DNA of 58,752 bases from an uncultured Anaerolineales bacterium (GTDB taxonomy: Bacteria; Chloroflexota; Anaerolineae; Anaerolineales; UBA11858). Of this stretch, positions 1-7,291 are shown piece by piece. The notes under the pieces are model-generated. The model searched no databases, had not been told where the DNA came from, and saw only the letters and a program-made list of their open reading frames with translations. A program made the translations under genes and the position numbers. How positions within the stretch are numbered: the stretch's first letter is position 1; every line of letters begins with the position of its first letter. The stretch is from positions 1 to 58,752 of the forward strand of contig CAZLNX010000002.1 of the NCBI GenBank assembly GCA_964560795.1, read 5' to 3'.

Positions 1-2
1 TT

Positions 3-1292
3 ATGAAAAACGTTATCCCATCCGTCAAAGGCACGCGCGATTTTTATCCTCGAGAGATGTCTGTCCGTACCTGGCTGTACAACAAAGTGCGCCAGGTTTC
101 CGAAGCTTTCGGCTACCAGGAATACGAAGGCCCCATTCTCGAGACCATCGATCTCTACGCTGCAAAGTCTGGCGAGGAACTGGTCAAAGAACAATCCTTC
201 GTCTTCCCCGACCGCAGCGACAACCTGATCACCTTGCGCCCCGAGCTAACTCCAACCCTGATGCGCATGGTCGCCAAACGTCAGGGGCAGCTGCATTTTC
301 CGCTGCGCTGGTGGTCCTACGGCCCCTTCTGGCGCTACGAACGCCCTCAAAAGGGGCGCTCGCGTGAATTCTTCCAATGGAATATCGACCTGATCGGCGA
401 GGCTTCCCCCCAGGCCGATGCCGAGATGGTGGCAGTCATGGCTACCTTCTACAAGGCCACAGGGCTGGATCCAGAGGAAGTTGTCATCCTGGTCAATAAC
501 CGCCGACTGATGGATGCTGAATTGAATCGACTGGGTCTAACGGGGGAACAACGCTCCAGTGCTTTCCGTTTGATCGACAGGCGGGATAAACTTTCCCCTG
601 AGGTGTGGCGTGACTATGCCCTGGAGTTGGGTCTGTCTCCAGAGCAATTCGACCAACTACTTGCCCTTTTGGGGAATGGGGATCTTTGGAAAGTCTCTGA
701 CGAATTGGTGCGCTTTTTCGAAGCCATCGATTCCTTGGGTGTGAGCGACTATGTCCGCTACGACCCACAGATCATCCGCGGCTTAGATTATTACACCGGC
801 ACTGTCTACGAAGGCCGCTCGCTCACAACGGGTATCAAACGCGCTGTGGCTGGCGGCGGCCGATACGACAACCTGCTGGCTGACGTGGGCGGTAATCCGC
901 TTCCCGGCACAGGATACGCCATGGGCGATGTAGTCATCACTCTGCTTCTGGAAGAAACTGGCAATCTCCCCGAAGAGTTAGACGTCTCCCCAGCGCCGGT
1001 TTTGGTGACTGTCTTCGATGACAGTATGCTCCTGGCATCTTATAAACTCGCCGCTGATCTTCGTGCAGAAGGGTTGAATATCGCCTGCTACCCGGTCCCA
1101 GCCAAGTTGGGCAAACAATTTAAATATGCTGACCGCATCGGGGCACGTGTCGCCCTGGTGTTGGGACCCGACGAAGTCGCCCAAATCCAGGTGGCTGTTA
1201 AGAACCTGACTGACCGCAGTCAAACCGTTGTGCCGCAGAGCGAAGCGCCTCAGTTGATCCGCAAAATCCTTGCTGGCGAAAACCCTTCGTGA
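3..1292 (+). CDS. hisS: Histidine--tRNA ligase
   Basis: Class II aaRS motifs: KGTRDF, LRPELT, WRYERPQKGRSREFFQ, RGLDYYTG, GGGRYDNL; C-terminal anticodon-binding domain (KLGKQFKYAD). Confidence 0.97.
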   Translation: MKNVIPSVKGTRDFYPREMSVRTWLYNKVRQVSEAFGYQEYEGPILETIDLYAAKSGEELVKEQSFVFPDRSDNLITLRPELTPTLMRMVAKRQGQLHFPLRWWSYGPFWRYERPQKGRSREFFQWNIDLIGEASPQADAEMVAVMATFYKATGLDPEEVVILVNNRRLMDAELNRLGLTGEQRSSAFRLIDRRDKLSPEVWRDYALELGLSPEQFDQLLALLGNGDLWKVSDELVRFFEAIDSLGVSDYVRYDPQIIRGLDYYTGTVYEGRSLTTGIKRAVAGGGRYDNLLADVGGNPLPGTGYAMGDVVITLLLEETGNLPEELDVSPAPVLVTVFDDSMLLASYKLAADLRAEGLNIACYPVPAKLGKQFKYADRIGARVALVLGPDEVAQIQVAVKNLTDRSQTVVPQSEAPQLIRKILAGENPS

Positions 1293-1298
1293 TAAAAT
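1290..1298 (+). promoter_or_regulatory. Possible extended -10 element (TGaTAAAAT) for the tRNA, overlapping the hisS stop codon
   Basis: TGnTAAAAT lies 12 nt upstream of the tRNA 5' end. Motif match only. Confidence 0.35.
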
Positions 1299-1310
1299 TC
1301 CCGACGTCAT

Positions 1311-1386
1311 GGCGGATGTAGCTCAATGGCAGAGCGCCGCACTGTGGATGCGGTGGTTGCGGGTTCGATTCCCGTCATCCGCCCCA
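1311..1386 (+). tRNA. tRNA-His (GTG)
   Basis: Cloverleaf: G-1 + GCGGATG/CATCCGC acceptor stem, GCTC/GAGC D-arm, CCGCA-CTGTGGA-TGCGG anticodon arm (GTG at 1344-1346), TTCGATT T-loop, C73 discriminator and encoded CCA. Confidence 0.97.
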
Positions 1387-1395
1387 AAATAGTAG

Positions 1396-1428
1396 AAATC
1401 CCCAGAAACTGAATTCTGGGGATTTTTT
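1396..1428 (+). terminator. Intrinsic terminator after tRNA-His
   Basis: AAATCCCCAGAA/TTCTGGGGATTT stem with a 6-nt loop, ending in a T6 tract. Confidence 0.8.
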
Positions 1429-1487
1429 GATTCCTCGAGGAAATATTGGAAACCAAACTCTTTCGAAAAAAAATGTTGGGTTTCGCA

Positions 1488-1496
1488 TGTTACAAT
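1488..1496 (+). promoter_or_regulatory. Extended -10 element (TGtTACAAT) upstream of the lipoprotein gene
   Basis: Motif lies about 50 nt upstream of AGGAGGAG-N-ATG(1548). Confidence 0.45.
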
Positions 1497-1547
1497 GACA
1501 CCAGGGAAAACATTACTTCCGACTCTCCAAAAGGAGGAGGAGAAACA

Positions 1548-3419
1548 ATGAGTATATCAAAGTTCGGGAAACTAAAATCCAGCCTATTATCGGTGGGAAA
1601 ATGTCAAGGACGCGATGATAGCAAAGCTTTACTGCTAATGATTCCTGGTTACTTTAGATTTTTATTCGCCGTTCTGGTTTTGTCGCTCTTACTGGTTGGT
1701 TGTGAATATCCAGATGAAGATGCAACGGCTACCCCGACACCGGTTCCATGTGCATTAGGTGATCTTGTAGCGCCGGTCCAAGATTTACCATCAATCAATG
1801 CAATCGTCTCAGATTTTACTCCTTCGTTCACCTGGACATTTCCAGCCTCTTGCCCCCCAGAAGGCTTTCAAGTTGACGTGACCACGTATGGCGGCTACGA
1901 CTATGGCACCACATACACTGGCATTGTAGGAGATCCCCACTGGGAAATCGGTGAACCTCTCGATGTGGCAACTGCTTACGAATGGAGGGTTGCAGCTACT
2001 GCTGGGGGTGTTCCAGGACCATATTCCTCATCAAGGCGCTTCTGGACTGGTCCCGTTTGCGCAACGGAAGCCCTAGTAGCACCCATACAATTCACACCAT
2101 CCAATGAGAGTACAGTAGAGAATCCCTTCCCGCCCATGGGTTGGGACTACCCAGATGAGTGTTGGCCTGAATCCTTCCTGACGGAATTAGACATCGACCC
2201 AGATTTCCCCGGCCCAAACCTGGTGGAGGAGTCAAGCTACCCGGCGATCGGCGTCATTCCACCAGTAGCCCTGATGGATTGCACTGAATATTTCTGGCGC
2301 GTTACGCCCCGCAATAGCGATGGCGCCGGCCCTGCTTCCGAAGTATGGTCTTTCTATACCAATTTCGATGGAGTATGCGGTCCGAGGGTCGTACCCTTCT
2401 GTGATATGGAAGATCTAGTTGCCCCAATCCCAGGTTTCCCACCTATCAACACAATAATCCCTGAATTGAGCCCAACGTTCATTTGGCTATTTCCAGGATC
2501 CTGTATCCCAGAAGGCTATCAGGTTGACGTAACTACATATGGTGGCTACGACTATGGCACCACATACACTGGTACTACGGGAGATCCGTCTACCAATTGG
2601 GAGATTGGTGAGCCACTTGAGCCGGCAACCGCTTACGAATGGCGGGCTGCTGCCACGGCTGGGGGTATCCCAGGACCATACTCTCCATCGACTCGCTTCT
2701 GGACTGGCCCTGTCTGCGAAACTGATAGTCTAGTGGCTCCAATACAATTCACGCCGCCGAACGAGAGCACTGTGGACAATCCCTTCCCGCCCATGGGCTG
2801 GGACTACCCAGATGAGTGTTGGCCCGAGTCCTTCCTGACAGAATTAGACATCGACCCATCCTTCCCTGGCCCGAACCTCGTCGAAGAATCAAGCTACCCG
2901 GCAATCGGTGTCATACCGTCCGATGCCTTGATGGATTGCACTGAATATTTCTGGCGCGTTACGCCTCGCAACAGCGATGGTGTCGGTCCTGCTTCCGAAG
3001 TGTGGTCTTTCTACACAAATTTTGAAGGAGCATGCGAAGAACCTGGTTCGGAAGCCAAGGCTAAAAAGAATGCTACTTGCCGCAAAGGTCCCAGCAGAAT
3101 ATACGAAGAGGCTGGTTACCTGCTGGAAGGGGAAATATCACCCATTGAAGGACGCAACCAGGACAACACCTGGTTGTGGATTGTAAACCCCGACTGGGAT
3201 GGGTATTGCTGGATTTGGATTGACCTGGTAGAAGTAATCGGCAAAATTGATGATCTCCCCTATATCGAACCGCCACCAACACCGACTCCCACACCAACAC
3301 CAACGCCCACACCCACTCCCGAGCCGAAGGGATGCTTTGTTTATAACCAACAACAACAGAAGGTCTGTACAGTTCCTTGCCCTGCCAACGCCCAGCCTGG
3401 TGGGGAATGTAGACCATAG
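1548..3419 (+). CDS. Surface lipoprotein with duplicated FN3/Ig-like modules, SH3-like domain, Pro-Thr linker and Cys-rich tail
   Basis: Strong SD before ATG 1548 (ATG 1638 is an alternative start). Hydrophobic stretch plus lipobox LLVG-C; YEWRVAA and YFWRVTP beta-strands; NATCRKGP...GRNQDNTW..CWI SH3-like motif; PTPTPT linker. Confidence 0.75.
   Translation: MSISKFGKLKSSLLSVGKCQGRDDSKALLLMIPGYFRFLFAVLVLSLLLVGCEYPDEDATATPTPVPCALGDLVAPVQDLPSINAIVSDFTPSFTWTFPASCPPEGFQVDVTTYGGYDYGTTYTGIVGDPHWEIGEPLDVATAYEWRVAATAGGVPGPYSSSRRFWTGPVCATEALVAPIQFTPSNESTVENPFPPMGWDYPDECWPESFLTELDIDPDFPGPNLVEESSYPAIGVIPPVALMDCTEYFWRVTPRNSDGAGPASEVWSFYTNFDGVCGPRVVPFCDMEDLVAPIPGFPPINTIIPELSPTFIWLFPGSCIPEGYQVDVTTYGGYDYGTTYTGTTGDPSTNWEIGEPLEPATAYEWRAAATAGGIPGPYSPSTRFWTGPVCETDSLVAPIQFTPPNESTVDNPFPPMGWDYPDECWPESFLTELDIDPSFPGPNLVEESSYPAIGVIPSDALMDCTEYFWRVTPRNSDGVGPASEVWSFYTNFEGACEEPGSEAKAKKNATCRKGPSRIYEEAGYLLEGEISPIEGRNQDNTWLWIVNPDWDGYCWIWIDLVEVIGKIDDLPYIEPPPTPTPTPTPTPTPTPEPKGCFVYNQQQQKVCTVPCPANAQPGGECRP
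1749..3035 (+). repeat. Intragenic tandem duplication of about 630-640 bp (1749-2378 and 2400-3035)
   Basis: Near-identical peptides in both copies, e.g. QVDVTTYGGYDYGTTYTG, NPFPPMGWDYPDECWPESFLTELDIDP, MDCTEYFWRVTPRNSDG, with long identical DNA stretches. Confidence 0.92.
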
Positions 3420-3442
3420 GGGAAATATCACAGAACGACAAA

Positions 3443-3488
3443 GCCGTAGTTGATACGAACCACCGAATTCGACTACGGCATTTTTTTT
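3443..3488 (+). terminator. Intrinsic terminator between the convergent lipoprotein and GNAT genes
   Basis: GCCGTAGTTGA/TCGACTACGGC stem followed by T8. A second AT-rich hairpin lies at 3486-3507. Confidence 0.7.
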
Positions 3489-3512
3489 GTTGTTCCCAAA
3501 CAACAAACGGTT

Positions 3513-4154
3513 TCAAAGGAGCATATTTCCAACTACGTCAAAGGCGGCGATCTCAATTGCTTTCGCCAAGCTTGAGCCGTACTCGTCCCTAAGTATGGTC
3601 CAGATTTCGCTGTCACGCAGTTCATTTTCATGATTAGGGATGCGCTGTCGCAGTACACCCTCTTTCACATAGCCTAGTTTCTCCGGGACGCGGGCGCTAC
3701 GCACATTCTCAGGGTCACAGTGGATCTCAACCCGGTTGACTTTGTGGACATCGAAGGCCACTTTGGTCAACGCAGCGGAAACTTCTGTGGCTAAACCTAG
3801 ATTGATGTGGTCAGCGTGGATCCAATAGCCAATTTCCAGGGCCCCCTCACCAACGCGAGTATGAAAGCCTGATCCGCCCAAAACTTGTTGTTCTGCGCGG
3901 TCAAAGATACCGTAGACGTACTCTTTATCCAAATCAAAATTGCCGCGGAATCTTCGCAAACGGTCGACTTTGACACTTAATTCTTCGGGTTCAGCATGCA
4001 CCCAGGGCATCCACGGCTTTAAGTGCTCCACACTGGCATCTATCGCCACTTTGAGCAAGGGTGCATCCGCGGGATTCCAGCAACGCAACACCAGTCGCTC
4101 TGTTTCTATTCGATAGGCTGGATTGATTCTTTCGGATTCGCTACGTGAAGACAT
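3513..4154 (-). CDS. GNAT N-acetyltransferase, RimJ/RimL family
   Basis: IETERLVLR, LEIGYWI, GLATE, VNRVEIHCDPENVRSARVPEKLGY..EGVLR. Confidence 0.9.
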   Translation of the reverse strand: MSSRSESERINPAYRIETERLVLRCWNPADAPLLKVAIDASVEHLKPWMPWVHAEPEELSVKVDRLRRFRGNFDLDKEYVYGIFDRAEQQVLGGSGFHTRVGEGALEIGYWIHADHINLGLATEVSAALTKVAFDVHKVNRVEIHCDPENVRSARVPEKLGYVKEGVLRQRIPNHENELRDSEIWTILRDEYGSSLAKAIEIAAFDVVGNMLL

Positions 4155-4160
4155 TAGCTG

Positions 4161-4655
4161 TTATTCAACCTCTTTGACCAGAAGGCATGATTCATCATCA
4201 TCCCGAAATGACTTAACTTCATTGGTCAATTCAAAACCGCATTTTTCTAGAAAACGCAGCATCCTTTGATTCTCTTTGACAACCCAGGCGGTAACTTGCA
4301 TAAAATTATTTCTCTTTGCCCAAATCAATATCTCAGTGATAAGTTTCTTTGCAGAATCACCACCTCGATAGGCCGGATCAACCCAAACTTGGATCAATTC
4401 TCCAAGGGATTGGTCTTGAGAATCCCGGTATAGAGCGGCCATACCAACAGGCTCCTCATTGGCGATGGCGATCAATGTTGCCCGATCATGTCCCCTGGCA
4501 GAGTTATCAGCTTGTTGCTGCCAACTCTCTTCACTCCTGGCATTGGCTTCAGCCAGTGTAGTCCCAAAAGCTTCTGGGGATTCAGACAAAGCCGCAACGC
4601 GCAATCGCTTGTAAAGGTCGCCTTCGCCAAGTCTTAAGCGGCGAACAGAGATCAT
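4161..4655 (-). CDS. GNAT N-acetyltransferase
   Basis: LRVAALSESPEAFG N-terminus, VWVDPAYRGG motif A, N.R..RFLEKCGF. Confidence 0.88.
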   Translation of the reverse strand: MISVRRLRLGEGDLYKRLRVAALSESPEAFGTTLAEANARSEESWQQQADNSARGHDRATLIAIANEEPVGMAALYRDSQDQSLGELIQVWVDPAYRGGDSAKKLITEILIWAKRNNFMQVTAWVVKENQRMLRFLEKCGFELTNEVKSFRDDDESCLLVKEVE

Positions 4656-5002
4656 ATGAGAGGCAAAACTGTTTCCATTGCTTTGAGCTTATAGGCCTTT
4701 TCGGTTGTCTCCATAGGCTCCCAGCCCTTGTTGCATAAGGCGCGGAACATCCACCAGGCCAAACTGCGGTAATCGCCCTCGTCATCGAAGCCTTTGATAC
4801 TGATCACGTGAGTAATGTTCGAGATATCCTGGCGACGCTCGATCTCAATTTCCTTGAATTTTTCAACATGCTTTGACTTCTCGACCGCCCGGATAACCAT
4901 CTCCAGTGTTTCGGGGTCGGTGCTCTTGGCTCGCAATTCATCTTTAGCGGCCCAAATGTGGATATATTTGTAACGTATGTTTTTCTTCCCTGAAGGCAGC
5001 AT
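4652..5002 (-). CDS. Hypothetical protein
   Basis: GAGG SD before ATG 5002; stop overlaps the GNAT start (ATGA). No family recognised. Confidence 0.6.
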   Translation of the reverse strand: MLPSGKKNIRYKYIHIWAAKDELRAKSTDPETLEMVIRAVEKSKHVEKFKEIEIERRQDISNITHVISIKGFDDEGDYRSLAWWMFRALCNKGWEPMETTEKAYKLKAMETVLPLI

Positions 5003-5065
5003 AATCACCTCGGCGTTTAAATTGGTGTAGTTACACCTAGATTATATCCAAAAGAAGCTTTTCAT

Positions 5066-5113
5066 GAGATGCTTCACTCACCAAAGGCGCGCCTACGGCG
5101 GTTCAGCATGACA
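5066..5113 (-). repeat. REP-like palindromic element (TGTC/CGTC-tagged type)
   Basis: Minus strand reads TGTCATGCTGAAC...GTGAAGCATCTC with an ATGCT/AGCAT stem and an internal CGCC-TAC-GGCG hairpin. It sits just downstream of the MFS stop. Confidence 0.5.
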
Positions 5114-5122
5114 GCATCAAAG

Positions 5123-6397
5123 TTATCCTACAATATTGGCCTCGGGGGCAGCATCCCGCCTCAGGAAGAGCCAGAACGCCCATAGGGCACCCAACATCAA
5201 GGTAAGCCCGCTCAGCCACCACAATAAGGGCTGAAGACCAACCTTGGGGTGATCCATCCCCCACCCACCAATGATCGCTGCCAAAGCGCTCATCAAGGTC
5301 ATCATGGCGAATTCGGTTGAGAATACTCTGCCGCGCACGCGATCTGGTAGCAATTGAAGCAATAACTGAGTCGAGAATACCCAGATTATCCCTCCGCCCA
5401 AACCTCGCAACAACGTTCCCACCAGAACTATCGGAAAGCTGCTCATGGGGGCGATGATGGCAAATCCAGCAGCAGCCACAAGGTAGGACCATGCAGTGGC
5501 TATGCGCAGGGGCCTGTCTCGGTCTCCAGTATATTTACGCGCCAGGATCGGCCCGAAGCCTGTCCCAGCTCCAACTACGGCATACATGAGGCCCAGACTC
5601 ACAGCGCCTCCCTCACCTATCACAAAGATGCTTTCTGCAATTCGAACTTGAATAACCTGAAAAGCACCCGAAATCGACAACGCCACCGAAGCTTTCAGGC
5701 ATGCGACAACCAGGATGTCTTTGTGCCGTACTAGATATTTCAAGCCATCGATATACTCTTTGTTAACTGTTGAAATACTGAAATCCGTTGATGGGGAGCG
5801 ATCCACATGTTGATATTTGACCAGATATATGAATACGGCTGATAGGAAAAAGGTCAGGCCGTCGATAATAAAAGAGGGATAAATTCCCCAACTTCCAGTG
5901 GCGAACCCGCCCAAAGCTGCACCCAGGGCTAACATCGTTGACCAGGTCGCGGCACCCAAGGCATTGGCAGTCCCCAACTCATCCTTTGAGACAACATCCG
6001 GCAGGATGGCATTACGGCCTGGGAAGAAAAAACCGCTGATCCCTAATTGAATAGCCGTAAGCACGTATAATAACCAGACATGCTCTGGCTCTCTGACAAG
6101 AAGAAAGCCAAAAACCGTGATGCCGCGAAATATGTCAGCGAGCAGCAAGATGGTTTTGCGATTATATCGATCGACCACGACACCAGCGATTGGGCTGACA
6201 AGAAAGGGCGCCAGCATGCGTACGACGAACAAACCACCGATGGCCAGCCCAGATTGAGTCAATGCTGCTATCAGTGAAGCAGAGGCGATCAGATTGAACC
6301 AGTCGCCTAAAAGGCTGATAATCTGTCCAATCCAAAGGTTGCGATAATTTGAGTTATCCTTAATGAGGGCAAGATACCCTGTTGAATTTGATGTCAC
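5123..6397 (-). CDS. MFS transporter (DHA3/macrolide-efflux-like)
   Basis: LWIGQIISLLGDW, AGVVVDRYNRK motif A, LLPDRVRGRVFS; about 12 hydrophobic segments. Confidence 0.9.
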   Translation of the reverse strand: MTSNSTGYLALIKDNSNYRNLWIGQIISLLGDWFNLIASASLIAALTQSGLAIGGLFVVRMLAPFLVSPIAGVVVDRYNRKTILLLADIFRGITVFGFLLVREPEHVWLLYVLTAIQLGISGFFFPGRNAILPDVVSKDELGTANALGAATWSTMLALGAALGGFATGSWGIYPSFIIDGLTFFLSAVFIYLVKYQHVDRSPSTDFSISTVNKEYIDGLKYLVRHKDILVVACLKASVALSISGAFQVIQVRIAESIFVIGEGGAVSLGLMYAVVGAGTGFGPILARKYTGDRDRPLRIATAWSYLVAAAGFAIIAPMSSFPIVLVGTLLRGLGGGIIWVFSTQLLLQLLPDRVRGRVFSTEFAMMTLMSALAAIIGGWGMDHPKVGLQPLLWWLSGLTLMLGALWAFWLFLRRDAAPEANIVG

Positions 6398-6429
6398 AGA
6401 AATTCCTAAAGAACGGTTAAATGTGCCAC

Positions 6430-6456
6430 ATTATACCCTTTCACCTCTGGTAGAAT
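6430..6456. promoter_or_regulatory. Back-to-back divergent -10 elements: TATAAT on minus (6430-6435) and TGgTAGAAT on plus (6448-6456)
   Basis: Both motifs sit in the short divergent intergenic region between the MFS gene and yigZ. Confidence 0.5.
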
Positions 6457-6481
6457 AGAGAGCTGTCACCAGAGCACAAGC

Positions 6482-7168
6482 ATGCTCGTCTCTCGAGAAA
6501 GCAACGATTTCATGGAGCGATATCTTATTCCTGCTAAAGAAACCCGCGTTGAGATTCAAGTATCAAACTCGCGCTTCATCGCCACCTTGGCACCGGTCTT
6601 CGGCGTGGACAAAGCCAAAGCCTTTATTGCGCGCGTAAAAGCAGAGTTTTCCGATGCGACGCACAACGTGCCTGCATTCGTGGTTGGTCATGGCGCATCC
6701 GTGACAGCACACAGCAATGATGATGGCGAGCCCTCAGGCACAGCCGGGCGACCTGCATTGGCCGTCTTACAGGGCAGCGATCTTGGCGATGTGGCCGTAG
6801 TAGTGACACGCTATTTCGGGGGCACCAAGCTGGGAACTGGCGGCCTGGTGCGAGCGTATGGCGATGCGGTCCGTGAAGTTTTGGCCATCACTCCCCGCGC
6901 CGAGAAGGTTCCTACCCACACCGTGACGATCGTTCTCCCCTATAACATCTATGAACAAGTTCAACGGCTGGTAAAGGCTCACAATGGCATCATCCGAGAT
7001 GATGATTTCGCCGCAGAAGTCACATTACGCTGCGAGTTTGCTGTAGATGGCTTTCCGATATTCCAAGATGCGCTGAAAGAGCTTTCGCATGGCTCTCTGG
7101 AGGCAGAGATCATTGCCACAAACGAAGATGCAATCATGCCAATGGGCACTTTTCCAATTGGCGAGTGA
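6482..7168 (+). CDS. yigZ: YigZ/IMPACT family protein
   Basis: SRFIA, DATHN, DDGEPSGTAGRP, VVTRYFGGTKLGTGGLVRAY. ATG 6512 is an alternative start. Confidence 0.93.
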   Translation: MLVSRESNDFMERYLIPAKETRVEIQVSNSRFIATLAPVFGVDKAKAFIARVKAEFSDATHNVPAFVVGHGASVTAHSNDDGEPSGTAGRPALAVLQGSDLGDVAVVVTRYFGGTKLGTGGLVRAYGDAVREVLAITPRAEKVPTHTVTIVLPYNIYEQVQRLVKAHNGIIRDDDFAAEVTLRCEFAVDGFPIFQDALKELSHGSLEAEIIATNEDAIMPMGTFPIGE

Positions 7169-7170
7169 AT

Positions 7171-7225
7171 CTCCAATGCCCACGCATTGGAGTGGCGAAA
7201 AGGCGAGCGGATTACGCCTTTTCGC
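7171..7225 (+). other. Two adjacent perfect hairpins (9-bp and 11-bp stems)
   Basis: CTCCAATGC-ccac-GCATTGGAG (7171-7192) and GCGAAAAGGCG-9nt-CGCCTTTTCGC (7195-7225). Confidence 0.6.
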
Positions 7226-7291
7226 GCATACCCCTGGGAACTTTTCCTTCAAAAGAGTAAGAAACCAGAATACCAAGATTTATAACGAATT

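Noticed and set aside
1360-1386. tRNA-His 3' end as an integration site (att) for the downstream region
   Set aside because: No integrase in the window and no duplicated tRNA 3' end noticed by eye; downstream genes look chromosomal. An exact search was not possible.
1446-1547. ORF-track N-terminal extension of the lipoprotein (TTG 1446)
   Set aside because: It spans a likely promoter, and a strong SD precedes ATG 1548.
1749-3035. Near-identical repeats as a DGR template/variable pair
   Set aside because: Both copies are in frame within one gene, the differences are not adenine-specific, and no reverse transcriptase is present.
3271-3320. CCAACA/CCGACT-type short repeats as a CRISPR array or VNTR
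   Set aside because: They encode the degenerate Pro-Thr linker; there is no repeat-spacer structure.
3128-3431. Exact 14-bp direct repeat AGGGGAAATATCAC at 3128-3141 and 3418-3431
   Set aside because: One copy lies inside an intact SH3-like domain and no element lies between the copies; chance is plausible.
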